Shown here piece by piece: positions 1 to 11,554 of a stretch of 64,000 bases of DNA. The notes under the pieces are model-generated. The model saw only the letters and a list, made by a program, of their open reading frames with translations, did no database searches and was not told the origin of the DNA. Positions within the stretch are counted from its first letter, which is position 1; the number at the start of each line of letters is the position of its first letter. The position numbers were made by a program, and so were the translations under genes. The DNA comes from Azolla caroliniana (taxonomy: Eukaryota > Plantae > Polypodiophyta), in the NCBI GenBank assembly GCA_043228905.1, contig JBHGNT010000007.1, forward strand, positions 496,001 to 560,000, written 5' to 3'.

Positions 1-3000
1 CTAGGAGGAATCGAAGGGAGGAGGCGTGACCCAATCCTTTTCGTGTGTGTGTGTGTTTATGAATTGTACATAGCTAGGAATAGATCGGCCGATGTACATA
101 TGTACTAGGGAGGGTATTAATTGTCTAGGGAATCGATGCGTATCTCTGTCTGAAAGGATAGAGAATAAAGTTGATATGTTTTGATGTAACGGCCTCCTCG
201 GCAACCTAGAAAAGGGAGGTGAGAAGAAGAAGAAGAGAGGGGGGGGGCATTTTGGGCGAGGAGGAAGTGTTGCTGGACTGGGAACCGAGCTCTCCTCTTC
301 AACCGCTGCTCTCCACTACATTTCTGTGCCAGTTGCCTCTGCTGCGTGTAAGCCCGTGTGCTTCTAGTAAAGGCTCCTTCGTGCGTTCTCTGTGTCGTTC
401 GTGTGTGTGCGTGGGACCTCCGTTTTGGGTCTGTTTCCGGCTTGTCGGTTGTAATCGTTGTTGGCATTGTAATTGAATCTTCCGTTCCATTCTCTCTCTG
501 TGTGTTTTAGCGAATCACTCTTCCTCTTCTTTCTCCCGCTCCTTGGTTCAGGGCCCCCGCGGTCCCGCCTCGTTTCACACACGAGAGCGTAACAACACGA
601 CATATTTAGTGAACCCGACGTGAACAAAGGTGGCCAAGGAGTTGAAGATGAGGGGATCCGAGCTTGCTGAAGCTATGGCAGTAGTCGTTGACCGGCTAGT
701 GAGTGCTCGCGAGGGAACGGGTGCCCTCGATAGGGCCATAGAATCGATTTATGGCACCATAGGCCGATTCGGCGAGAAGAATGCCACGAGCAATTTGGAG
801 GCCTATCGGGCCGAAATGATCATGAGGGACACCCCCAAGGACAGACGATTGTCCAGATTACCCCGAGCATCCACGCGGAGGTGCTCGAGGTGTTGGCCAG
901 ACGCCAGGCTTGGGTGGAGCTCGAGGGGCGGCTCCTCGAGAAGTAAGGGTACAACGATTCGCTTCGGCTGTCGAAGCGGGACTTCATGGCTTGGGTTGAG
1001 AGCCTTGGAAAGGGGAGGAACACGTCGGTGCTCCTCCAGGAATTCGAACAACGGTTCGCTCGGCTGTCGGCGCTGGATCGGATCGTGCTTGACACGAGTA
1101 GGGTCTTGTTGTTCGTTAACTCGGTGCACGCGCTGGATCCGGAGAAGGTGGGTCTCCTATTGGAGACAGATGAAGGCCTCACGGCCGATTGGGTCGTGGT
1201 CAAAGGAGTCTGCGCCCACTTTGACAAGCGGCACAAGTGGAGCGATGAGGGCTCATTCGCGTCGGGGCCGGTCCCGACGAGGAAGCTCGAGGAGCCGGTA
1301 TCGGTGCCGACTGGGAAGGAAGAGACTCAGAATTGGCTCGAGACGAGCCCAGCCTCGAGTAGAGTGGTTGAAGGCTCTTCCGGAGGAGTGGCTCTGGAAG
1401 AGCTGAGGCAAATGGTGCGCAACCTCCAGATCGCACAAGCACAGAGGGACAACGGCGATCAACCTCGTGACCGGAGGCCGCTAACGGGGCAGTGATGCAT
1501 GTGGTGTGACGCTATCGGTCACATTCGGAAAGAATGCGTGGATTTCGCAAAGGCACTCCGGACCAACGTGGTGTACCTTTGGAATGGGCGGGTGCATGCC
1601 GGCAACACACGGAAAGCCCTAGAGTTGAACATCGGGCATGGCGCGATGAAGCGCTTGATGGAAGAAGCGGTGGTGCGACATGTAGAGGCCGTCCACTACT
1701 CTGCGTCGGCAAGTATCTGGGTCAGGGGCAACGAGGTCTGGAAGGCGAAAGACTCCGGATTCTAGCCGCTAGTGCTGGAAGGCCTCTCCGGGGTACGGCT
1801 AAAGAAGGAGGAGACGAACCGCGCGGAACAGCGGATCCGGGAGGTCACCGGATGGGATGATCCAGTTCAAGAAAAGATTGGCTTCGTGGAAGCCGCATGC
1901 CAGAACTACAAGGTCCTGGTAGAAGACAAGCGTGCGGGAAGGGTTGGAGGGGCCGGTCCCTCACAACAGTACAAGACCCGGTTTGGACCAAAGCAGAACG
2001 ATGCCAGCAACACCGGGGTGCCAGACAAAACGAAATGGGCCAGTTACCGGCTGAGCACAGAGATTCAGAGGTTGACGAACCTGCAAAAGGTCCTCGAGGA
2101 GCGGATTCTCGACAACAAGGTGGAGCTATCGCTGAGGGAAGTGCTCGGAATCGCCAACAAGGAGTTCCACGACTCCATTGTGGACTTCGACGGAGCTAGA
2201 GCCGGAGAAGCCCGTAGAGGTGCAGACGATGCACCTAGAAGACACGAACCTAGAGGATGAGTTGGCGGACAGCTACTATGCGAGGCCGCATTGGGCCAAA
2301 GCTACTACGTAGACCCTTGTCCAGGTTGGGCACGTGCAGGAGCCTGTGGTGGCATTGATAGACCACGACTCGGAGATCAACCTGATGTCCATGGACTTCT
2401 ACAAAAAGGGGAAGTGGCCGATCAATACCAAGCACGAGTGGAAGATACGCGCGGCGACACGCATTATGGAGGAGTTGCATGGTGCATGCCCGAATGTACG
2501 CGTAAAGATCGGCGACGTTGAGATAGATCAACACTTCTTTGTGCAGGAGACCTCCTCGCACCCGGTGATACTCGGCGAGCTATACATTACGGCGGCACGG
2601 ATGGAAATGAAGGTGCTTGACAACGGATCGGCGTACGCGCGCGTGAAGAGCTAGGACGGACAACGCTCCGTTCAATTTTGGACGGTGAGGCCGAACCATG
2701 AGCGTAACCGTGAGACCCTCGGCGGCGAGAGCCGAGGGGATTTTTAGAGAGGGCTATCAAGGCGTGGGGCCGCAATAGTCCGAACACCCCGGAAGAACCC
2801 CACACATGTACCATAGGTAGGAAATTTTGGTTCTCCGATAACAGAGGTTGTACTATAGCCGGCATCAGTGGCCGGGAAAAGAAGCGGGTGGAAGAAAGAC
2901 TCAGCCCGTACGCAGTCCTCGGCCTTGGCGAAGAGATTGATAGTGCCGTGGAGGCGGTCTCCTTCGATGACACCTTGGGGGAATTACGCGAGGTTGTCGA

Positions 3001-4170
3001 AGGAGGCCTTAGTGAAGACCGGGCAGTTCCAGTTGGTTCAATAGAGATGTATGAATTCATCGCTGACTTCAGGGAGAAGGTTGGGTCCGGTCGGATGGCC
3101 CGCATGGATACCAAGTACAAGAATTTGGACCAGAAGGTGAGGCCAGTCGCAGCACCCTTGCCGGAGGGCAGCGGAGAGCGGATAAAGAAGGTCGCCTCAT
3201 ACCTAAGTTTACGGCAACCGGTCGGCATAGGGCACCAATTCACCGATGTAACGCTACGGGAGCTCAACGTCGGTGGGGGTGGGTTTCTACTACCGACGGA
3301 GGAGGACCGGTTTCGGAGGATGCTCGAAAGGCACGGGAAAGCCTTCGCATTCTCGCCGGAGGAGATTGGGTGCGTAGACCCGACGATCGTGGAACCGATG
3401 GTGATATTCACGGTGCCGCATGTGTCATGGAATCTCAAGCCAATTCCGGTACCCAAAGCTCACATCCCGAAGTTGATGGAACTACTGAAGCAGAAAGTGG
3501 AGATGGGCATCCTCGAACAGTCGAGCGCCCCATATTTGAATCAGTGGTTTATCGTGCCGAAGAAGAACGGCACGTTGCGCTTCATTCAAGACCTGCAATC
3601 GGTCAACATGGTGACCATTCGTAATGCAGATATTGGACCAACGATACACGAGTTCGCGGAAGCCTTCGCCGGAAGGCCAATCTATTCGGTCGGTGATCTA
3701 TACTCGGGGTACTATCAGTTCCAACTAGCCGTGGAGAGCAGGGATATCACGACGATGCGGACACCTCTCGACTTAGTGCGGATGTGTACCCTGCCGCAAT
3801 GAGGGACAAACTTGGTAGCGCACATGGTGAACGCGATGAACAAGGTGTTGAGGGACTGCATCCCGGACATCACCATGCCATTCCTTAACGACATCACGAT
3901 CAAAGGATGTCTGGTGGAGGATAAGGACGAGGCGGTTGGGCCGGACAGATACCGGAGGTTCGTCGCGGACCACATTAATGACTGCGAGAAGGTGCTGCAA
4001 AGGCTGGAGGACGCGCGGCTCACCTTCTCTGGAGAGAAGTCGGTGTTCGGCCAATCGGAGATCCTAGTGGTCGCTCACCTGTGCGGGCCCTACGGTCGGA
4101 AACCGTCTTCGGCAAAGATAGAAGCCATCTCCGTAATGAAGGAAGAGTGTGAGTCGGTTACGGAGGTGCG
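1..4170 (+). mobile_element. Degenerate, 3'-truncated Ty3/gypsy LTR retrotransposon (partial 5' LTR, PBS, gag, protease, RT)
   Basis: LTR-like 1-602 ending ...ACGACA, then a PBS. Gag fragments 630-2260 include a CCHC knuckle C-MW-C-DAIG-H-IRKE-C at ~1496. Protease-like ALIDHDSEINLM at 2334-2654. RT at 2888-4170 (WFIVPKKNGTLRFIQDL, DLYSGYYQF, MCTLPQ*GTN, PFLNDITIKG). Multiple stops and frameshifts; ends before RNase H/integrase. Confidence 0.92.
607..624 (+). promoter_or_regulatory. Primer-binding site complementary to the 3' end of cytosolic tRNA-Trp
   Basis: TAGTGAACCCGACGTGAA matches 17/18 nt of the reverse complement of the plant tRNA-Trp(CCA) 3' end (TGGTGAACCCGACGTGAA, recalled from memory). 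It lies 4 nt after the LTR-terminal CA. Confidence 0.8.
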
Positions 4171-4189
4171 GAATAGGTTAGAGATGTGT

Positions 4190-4239
<50 letters not shown>

Positions 4240-4543
4240 GAGAGAAAAACATGAGATAGATAGAATAGGCAATAGACAATAGACAATACTCAAGAACATG
4301 TATATTACAAAGGAGATTAACCGCCCTATTACAAAGTAGGCGAAGAGTGTTTTATATAATCACTCTCTCTCTTCATTAACTACCAAAGCTCATGAGTCAT
4401 GGGGAATGTGGAAACTCATTAGTTATGTGTCAATGACACATAGTTAATGTGTAACGAGTAGTGGTGTGACTTTTGACCTTTGAGTGTTCATACACTCTCA
4501 AGGGTGTTTACACACTAGGCTAGGTTGATCTTGATTCTCAACA
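4171..4543 (-). mobile_element. LTR fragment, same family as the solo LTR at 19373-20315
   Basis: The minus strand starts TGTTGAGAATCAAG and shares ATGAACACTCAAAGGTCAAAAGTCACACCA, TACACATTAAC and ACATAACTAATGAGTT with 19373-20315. Contains a (GT)n/(GA)n tract at 4193-4240. Confidence 0.8.
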
Positions 4544-4749
4544 ACTCGACAGCATCAAAGTCATAAAAACGGAGAGAATTTTAACCAAAAGTTTTGAGGG
4601 TGAGGCCTCTTGTTTCTCATAGATCACATCCAACTCTCTCTCTCTCTCTCTCTCTCTCTCAACATAATAAATACAACCTTTAAAAAAATGGTCCTTTGTG
4701 CATTCATTCATACACTTTGCATTACATAAAACTTTGTGCACATACGTCC

Positions 4750-4886
4750 ATGTGTAATGTAGAATGTAGAAAGTAGAATGTATAATGTACGATGTACAAT
4801 GTATAATGTACGATGTACAATGTACAATGTGTAATGTGTAATGTAGAAAGTAGAATGTATAATGTATAATGTGTAATGAATGTATA
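4750..4886. repeat. Degenerate 7-bp (AATGTAY-like) minisatellite
   Basis: Repeated aatgtat/aatgtac/aatgtgt/gatgtac units. Confidence 0.8.
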
Positions 4887-5784
4887 ACAACAATATCTAC
4901 CGTATGAATGATTAGAAAAGACCTAGTCAAACAACTAAATGATTTTCGAAATTGCATGTTTGGAAATTAGTCATGGATTGCCCTAAAAGGATAAAAAAAT
5001 TCCTCATGGATGAGTTTGAAAGAAGTGAATCATTGTTTTAATTTTTTTCCCCAAACAAATAATTGTTTTAATTAGCAAGGGTAAGGGCTGGTAATTGCTA
5101 TTAACCACATGCATATTGAGGTTATGTCACATTGTTTCATCTTGAAAGCTTTGCACATGCCCAAGCATCACTAACCACATCATAGATTAAGCTTTCCACC
5201 TCGTTTAGCTATGAAGAATGCATTGTATGGCTCCACATGGGTTAAAGGGTTATATTTAAAAATAGAACTTGAAAGGAGACTAATGAATCTCAAGGAGATA
5301 CCATCGACATGCATATGTTTCTTTTCCATTCCAACAAAGATTGATGGAACTAACTTCCTTTTTTTTCCAAATTTGGTGCTAAAGGGAGACCCTCATATGA
5401 CAATTAAACTTGCTAAAGACATAGTCCCAAATAAGAGACTTCTCAAACCCCCAAATATAGGAGATTTTAGATGTACACTCCACAAGAGACCTAGCCCACA
5501 TGCTCCTTTCAATCAAGTAATTTTTTAATTCAACAAAAAGTTGATGTGTGCATAATTTTGCTTGAATCGAAGTCTTAAACCTCGTCAAATATGCTTGAAT
5601 CCAAACATTGATCCACTCAATAACATATCAGCAATATTGTCGATAACCATCCGATATTGATTACATTGTTGGTTATGTTCTAGATAGTAATTCACCTTTT
5701 CGTAAAACCCGTCCTACTATTTTCTTGCATGTTACATTCAAACCAAATGGACATCTACTTGGGCTGGTCATATGCCCTAAGCTA

Positions 5785-6349
5785 GACTTGTGAATGCCAA
5801 TCATATGAACTCAAGGGTAAGCTCGAGCTATACAAATCCTCGCATTGGGAAATTGCAATCAATGAAATGGTTTGAATTTCATAAGACTATAACACATGTA
5901 ATAACAACGAAAGGATGGAAATTGCATAGAATAACCTTGCCTTAAAAAATTACAAAATATCCATAGTTTGATGACTTGTCAATGCCAATCATATGAACAC
6001 AAGGGTAAGCTCGAGCTATACAAATCCTCGCATTGGGAAATTGCAATCAATGTAATTGTTTAAATTTCATAAGAGTATAACACATGTAATAACAATGAAA
6101 GGATGGAAATTGCATAGAAGCTTGCCTTAAAAAATTACAGAATATCCATAATTTGATGACTTGTGAATGCCAATCATATGAACTCAAGGGTAGGCTCGAG
6201 CTATACAAATCCTCGCATTGGGAAATTGCAATCAATGTAATTGTTTGAATTTCATAAGATTATACACATGTAATAACAACGAAAGGATGGAAATTGCATA
6301 GAAAAATCTTGCCTTAAAAAATTACAAAATATCCATAATTTGATGACTT
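5785..6349. repeat. Tandem repeat, 3 copies of ~187 bp
   Basis: Units start at 5785, 5973 and 6158 (GACTTGTGAATGCCAATCATATGAAC...CTCGAGCTATACAAATCCTCGCATTGGG...). Confidence 0.95.
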
Positions 6350-6800
6350 CTCAATTAAATATATATGCAGTGGAGCTATTGGTGTACAACTAGTAAAGAA
6401 CATTTAACATTCTAAGGCTAAACCCATATTGTTCAATGTAGTTTCCACAAAACTCCATTAGATGTAATCAAATAATTTCTCAACATGTACATACACAATC
6501 AAGAAATTGTGATTTGTGTACTCCAAATCAAAGTAAAATTAACAATGTTAACCATCTTTATCTTCATGGTATAAAACCATAAATTAGGATGGATGCCTTT
6601 ACTTAAGTATTCTTTAATTTTATGCATTATTAACTGATATTGTTCCAATATGAAAAAGTTACACATAAATTCTTATTTAGAAGAAGTTTCTTAAATTTCC
6701 CAAATTTCCACTAGAGTATGTTATACTTTCTGTTGAATTTGTAGTGCTTACAACTTTTCTTTTCTTTTTCAATATTTCCCAATTGTATTAATGGATGCAG

Positions 6801-7211
6801 AATGCAATCACAATCACCATCAACATATGGGGCTTTGTAAGATATGGAATTTGAATACTCAACCTATACTTTCATATATTTATATCTATATCTCTACATG
6901 CATACATACATACATATACGGTATATGTATGTATGTATGTATGATACCTCTTATTAATATTAACTTTTCTTGCTCCTATAATTCAGGTCACTTTCTCGAA
7001 AAATGAAGACTCTTGTTTATTCCATGAAACTTATTCAATCATAATAAGTCCATTATTAGAGTAAGATTTTAGAGAGAGAAATACCCATTTTTTTGTAGTA
7101 AAACTTGTGAGTTTAAACTTATTATCACATGTGGCGATCTTTTCTTTTAGAGTCATCTCATTGATCGTGTGTGGCTTTCTTACACTCCTAATTTATACAT
7201 TGGTTTCACAG
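6801..7211 (+). pseudogene. MLO: Fragment of an MLO paralogue (exons 12-14); pseudogene or 3' part of a gene starting outside the window
   Basis: AG/GT-bounded exons 6801-6836 (NAITITINIWGF), 6987-7060 (VTFSKNEDSCLFHETYSIIISPLL) and 7151-7211 (VISLIVCGFLTLLIYTLVSQ). Lengths 36/74/61 nt equal those of the intact MLO exons 11325-11360, 11168-11241 and 11027-11087. Confidence 0.82.
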
Positions 7212-7833
7212 GTATGCAAAATGTATTTTCCCAATCTATGCATTGGTTTCAACTTAAGATTCCACGCAAAAGCATATATTTCCATAATAATCATATATAG
7301 AAAAAAGGGTTAGGTTTATTGTCATGTATTGCTAGAGTTTTTAATTAGGTACTTGGATGACAACTATCTTGTCCCATGCATGTTGAGTAGACAAGAGCCT
7401 TGAAATATAATTTATACGTAAACCCGAGAGTCCAATGACATTTAATTTCTAGAAACCAAAGGATAGTCTCGACTCTCAACTCACCATGCATTACTCCTTA
7501 TAGGATGGTGCCATTGGGTGGAACAACACCTAAATTTGATATACGATCCAAGGATTGAATGGCTAACAATGTAACACACTTTTCCATCTCCTTCAATATT
7601 GATGGATCTCATGACAATGTACTCTTGAAAGTTTTATAACTCCAAAACTTGCGTTGTTAATGAGACAATTGATAGGTAATCGGACGTGTCCCGTTCCTAA
7701 TGTTCAAAGTGCATTGGTATAGATTGCGAAGATATAGGACATGTATTAAGCTATATTTTTGGGAGGGAGGGGATTCACTGTCTTAGATGGGTAGTCTTAT
7801 GGAATTGTGCCAACTTGAAAATCATCCTTACCC

Positions 7834-8880
7834 TTTTCTTTCTTTCTTTTTTTTCCAAAGAAGAATATACTCCATTAGTTAAAACGACATACAATACACA
7901 ACTTTAGACATTACCTACCTCCATCTGGGCTACATCACTTATTTATCTTACACTAAATAGCCCACATGTTTGTTCTCCATATTTCTCGTGTCATTCATGC
8001 CCCTCTATCATCTAATGGAAGGGGGGGAACAGCCATCTCAATACTACGTACTACCATCGTATATCCACTCCAATTTCTACAGCCATCGGTGTAGTACACC
8101 ATCATTTTCTAAAATTCAGCCTCATTAATTCTGAAGCATCATCTGTTCCATCAATCCGCTCATATTGGGCCCTCAATGTAGTTATTAATGTGTGCCATAT
8201 TAGCTTAATAGATTCTGTTGGAGGCCGTTTGTTTGTTGAAAATACCCTGCTACATCTTGCGATCCAAATGTTCTATATGATAATGTGTGCTAGCAACATC
8301 CATAGATCTTCAATTTTCTGCTTCTGGACATTACTTCTAGGTGCACTATTACCAGCGATCAATCAAATAGTTATGTTCTCCCCTCTATACATAGTTGTAC
8401 ATGTGCTATCAAATTTCTCTACATCGTCATCAAGACAATGCCAACAAGCATGTCCCCAATTGAGGGTAAATGAGCTAGAGGCATGACAAAGCGATCGTAA
8501 TGCCCTTCTCCTTACAACCGTAGCCTCATGACATTCCCAGAGACAATGGGAAATGCTTTCTAGTTGTCCACATGCACTACATCGGGGCCCTTAGCCCACG
8601 CTCCTAGTGGCAAGGCTCTATGCACAATAAACCATAAGCACATCATTATCTTGCGGTCACTGTTGTCATGCCATATCATTTTCCAAAATTTAGCTGATCT
8701 CCTTTCACTAATGCCCTCTTGTATCCAAAATTTACGAGCTCCAATATCTTTGTGTTCTTGTTTTAGTATAATTTGCCTCCTGATTTTCGTGTTGTACTTG
8801 AAAAATTGCACGTTTAAAGCTCTTAAATGTGTACTTGAGTTAATCAGGATCCCTTTTATAGTTAGTAATCTGATGTAAAA
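7834..8880 (-). mobile_element. 5'-truncated, decayed L1-type LINE (zf-RVT region plus A-rich tail)
   Basis: Minus-strand FWKMIWHDNSDRKIMMCLWFIVHRALPLG is typical of the L1 ORF2 zf-RVT region. The T-rich tract at 7834-7854 is the poly(A)-like tail. Confidence 0.8.
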
Positions 8881-9348
8881 CTTTGTTAGGTTGCTCTTCT
8901 ATTACGTAAACTAGTTAGTGACCAAATTCAAAAAATGCATTTTGGGTTGTAAAAATGGTTATGTAAAAGTTTTAACACACCTAGGAAGTTTTGTGATCAT
9001 AGTACTCAAGTGAAAAGTAGGACTATTTACTTTCTTTTATTAATTCTTGAATATTCGCCAACGGATTGATATAATTACTCTTCTTCTTGATCAATAAAAT
9101 GATATATTTGAATTACTAAAGTTTTTCCCTCTTTTTCACCTCTCTTATCAATCGTGATGTTGGGAATGTAAAGACTTATTATTTTAACTTACCTTATTTA
9201 ACTCTCACATGTGCCATGTTAAAAGGGTTACCATAAACCTTCCTAACTTAAACATAAAAGGGTTATAACTGTAATATTATTCAATAAGAGATAAATAACT
9301 TGGAGTTTGGTCATATGTTAATAGTTATGGCTTATACATAGTTCACTT

Positions 9349-9588
9349 CATAGTACATAATATACTTGAATGCATTGGCAAACATTCTTTTTCATATGAA
9401 TGCAAATGAATGCACATGTTATCAAAACATTATTATGTTTTTTTTTACACTTTTTACCTTAAAAATAATTTGCCTTCTAGTAAATAATGAGCACAAAAGC
9501 ATGGTATTTAGCATACTTCGAGGGTGTTTACCACACTCGAATGATTGAAACATTCTCAAATACGTATGCACATATGGTTCATATTATG
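9349..9588. mobile_element. hAT-type MITE, family A, copy 1
   Basis: TIRs CATAGTA.../...ATATTATG. 8-bp TSD GTTCACTT/CTTCACTT. Highly similar to 35450-35690. Confidence 0.85.
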
Positions 9589-9719
9589 CTTCACTTCAAC
9601 TACCGCTAAAATCTAGCATTCCGTTGGTATCCTACTCATTCTTTATTTTATTTACAATTAAGAATATTGCTAATAGTAGAATCTCATGTTCTTAATTGGT
9701 TTGTTGTGCTTGATATTTT

Positions 9720-11438
9720 CTATGCTTCCATCTCATTGTGATTACCAACTCGTCGACGCCACTTCATTATGGCCTCGTGAACATGTTCTTCGAATATGGC
9801 ACTCTTGAAGTTGTTCCCCATCTACAATTTACCAAAAAAGAATATACTCCATTAGTTAAAATATACACAACTTAGATCCCTTTATCAAGTAGGCCTTGCC
9901 TAAACTATCCTATCATTAATGAGTGATCTCACTTATTTATCTTACACTTTCGCATGGGTCTCTAGCCAAACTTTCATACAAATCACCTTCATTTAGGAAG
10001 GCATACACATCACCTTCATACAAAGCAACCCCCCTATCGAATATTAGACAACGGATCAACTTGAAATTGACAACCAAAAGTGGTTCAAGGAAATGTGTGG
10101 AAGTGAGATGAAGAAGGACAACATGTGTAAAATCAATATATATGGTAATTGTGTTGATGAAGGACGGGTCGTTGAACTATCCTATATTCTGGCCATTGGA
10201 AATAAGGAACCACATAACACAGAAGAAGCACTCGGATGGTTGGAACAACAAATGGGTGTTCATTTAGACTCATCATATTGTACCGCAATAGGTGTGAAAA
10301 TGAAAAGACAATTTTAATTATTCGTTTGACCAATGTAAATACAAGAGTTAAATAAAGTAAGCTAAAATGAGGATTTACATGCCCAACCCAAATAGAGTAG
10401 AAAAAGAGAGGCATGCTTAGTAAATGATAGAATTAATTTGATTAGTTGATTAGAAGTAACCAATTCACGCAAAGAAAGTAGAAATTTCTAATTTCCCCAT
10501 AGATAATGGGCACTCCAAACGTTGAGCAAGGGACACACACAATCACATTAATCTGAGATTTGGAGCACAAAACTTATGAGGGTACTCTTTCACTATCCAA
10601 CAATGCTAAAGGACTAGATAAAGCATTACGAGTTGCTAGCCATTTGGTGCCCATGTCAGATCCCAAATTGAAGTGCACAATATCCAATGTTGCTACCCTT
10701 TCATGCTCAAACTTATGACGTGATTATATTGATAATATGAAAATATTTGAACGGTTTTTAGATTGATGAAGATTTAAACATCATTTAACTTTAGTGTAAG
10801 CACTCAATTGTATTTTGGGGTCAAAGTGTGTCCACAGATGATTAGTGCATGGGATATTGTGGTTATCTTTTCGTAGTAATTGAACTGAGTTGAGCATACC
10901 ATAATAAACAATCTAAACCTTTTCTCAACATAAAATAATGTGATATTTGAAAATATATATGCCTTATTTGGAGAGTTGATGAGAACATGCTAGGTTTTTG
11001 CCTCTTTTATTGTATACTTTGCGTACCTGTGTAACTAGTGCATAGATCGGTAGCGTAACGTAGCCACAAATTATCAATGACATAATTCTGAAAGCAATGA
11101 TCATGCATGTTAATAGAAATTCACACTTGTAAAAATTATCGTGGCAAATTTGAGTTTGGAATCTTACCCAAGGGCTAGAGAAACTCCAATTGAAATCTTG
11201 CTACGAAATAAGCAAGAATGACTATCTTCCTTAAAAGTAAACTGTAAAAAAAGTGCCTGAAAGGTTAATCTTAGTGAAAAGGTATTGTCTTACTCAATCA
11301 TAGTGTAAAAATTCCATATCTTACAGTGCCCCATAGGTGAGTGGAGATTGCTATTGCATTCTGGATTCAACAATACAATTGAGAAATATTCATAAGAAAA
11401 TGTGGTAGTGCACACCATATTAGACTTTAAAAGTACAC

Positions 11439-11499
<61 letters not shown>

Positions 11500-11500
11500 T

Positions 11501-11554
<54 letters not shown>

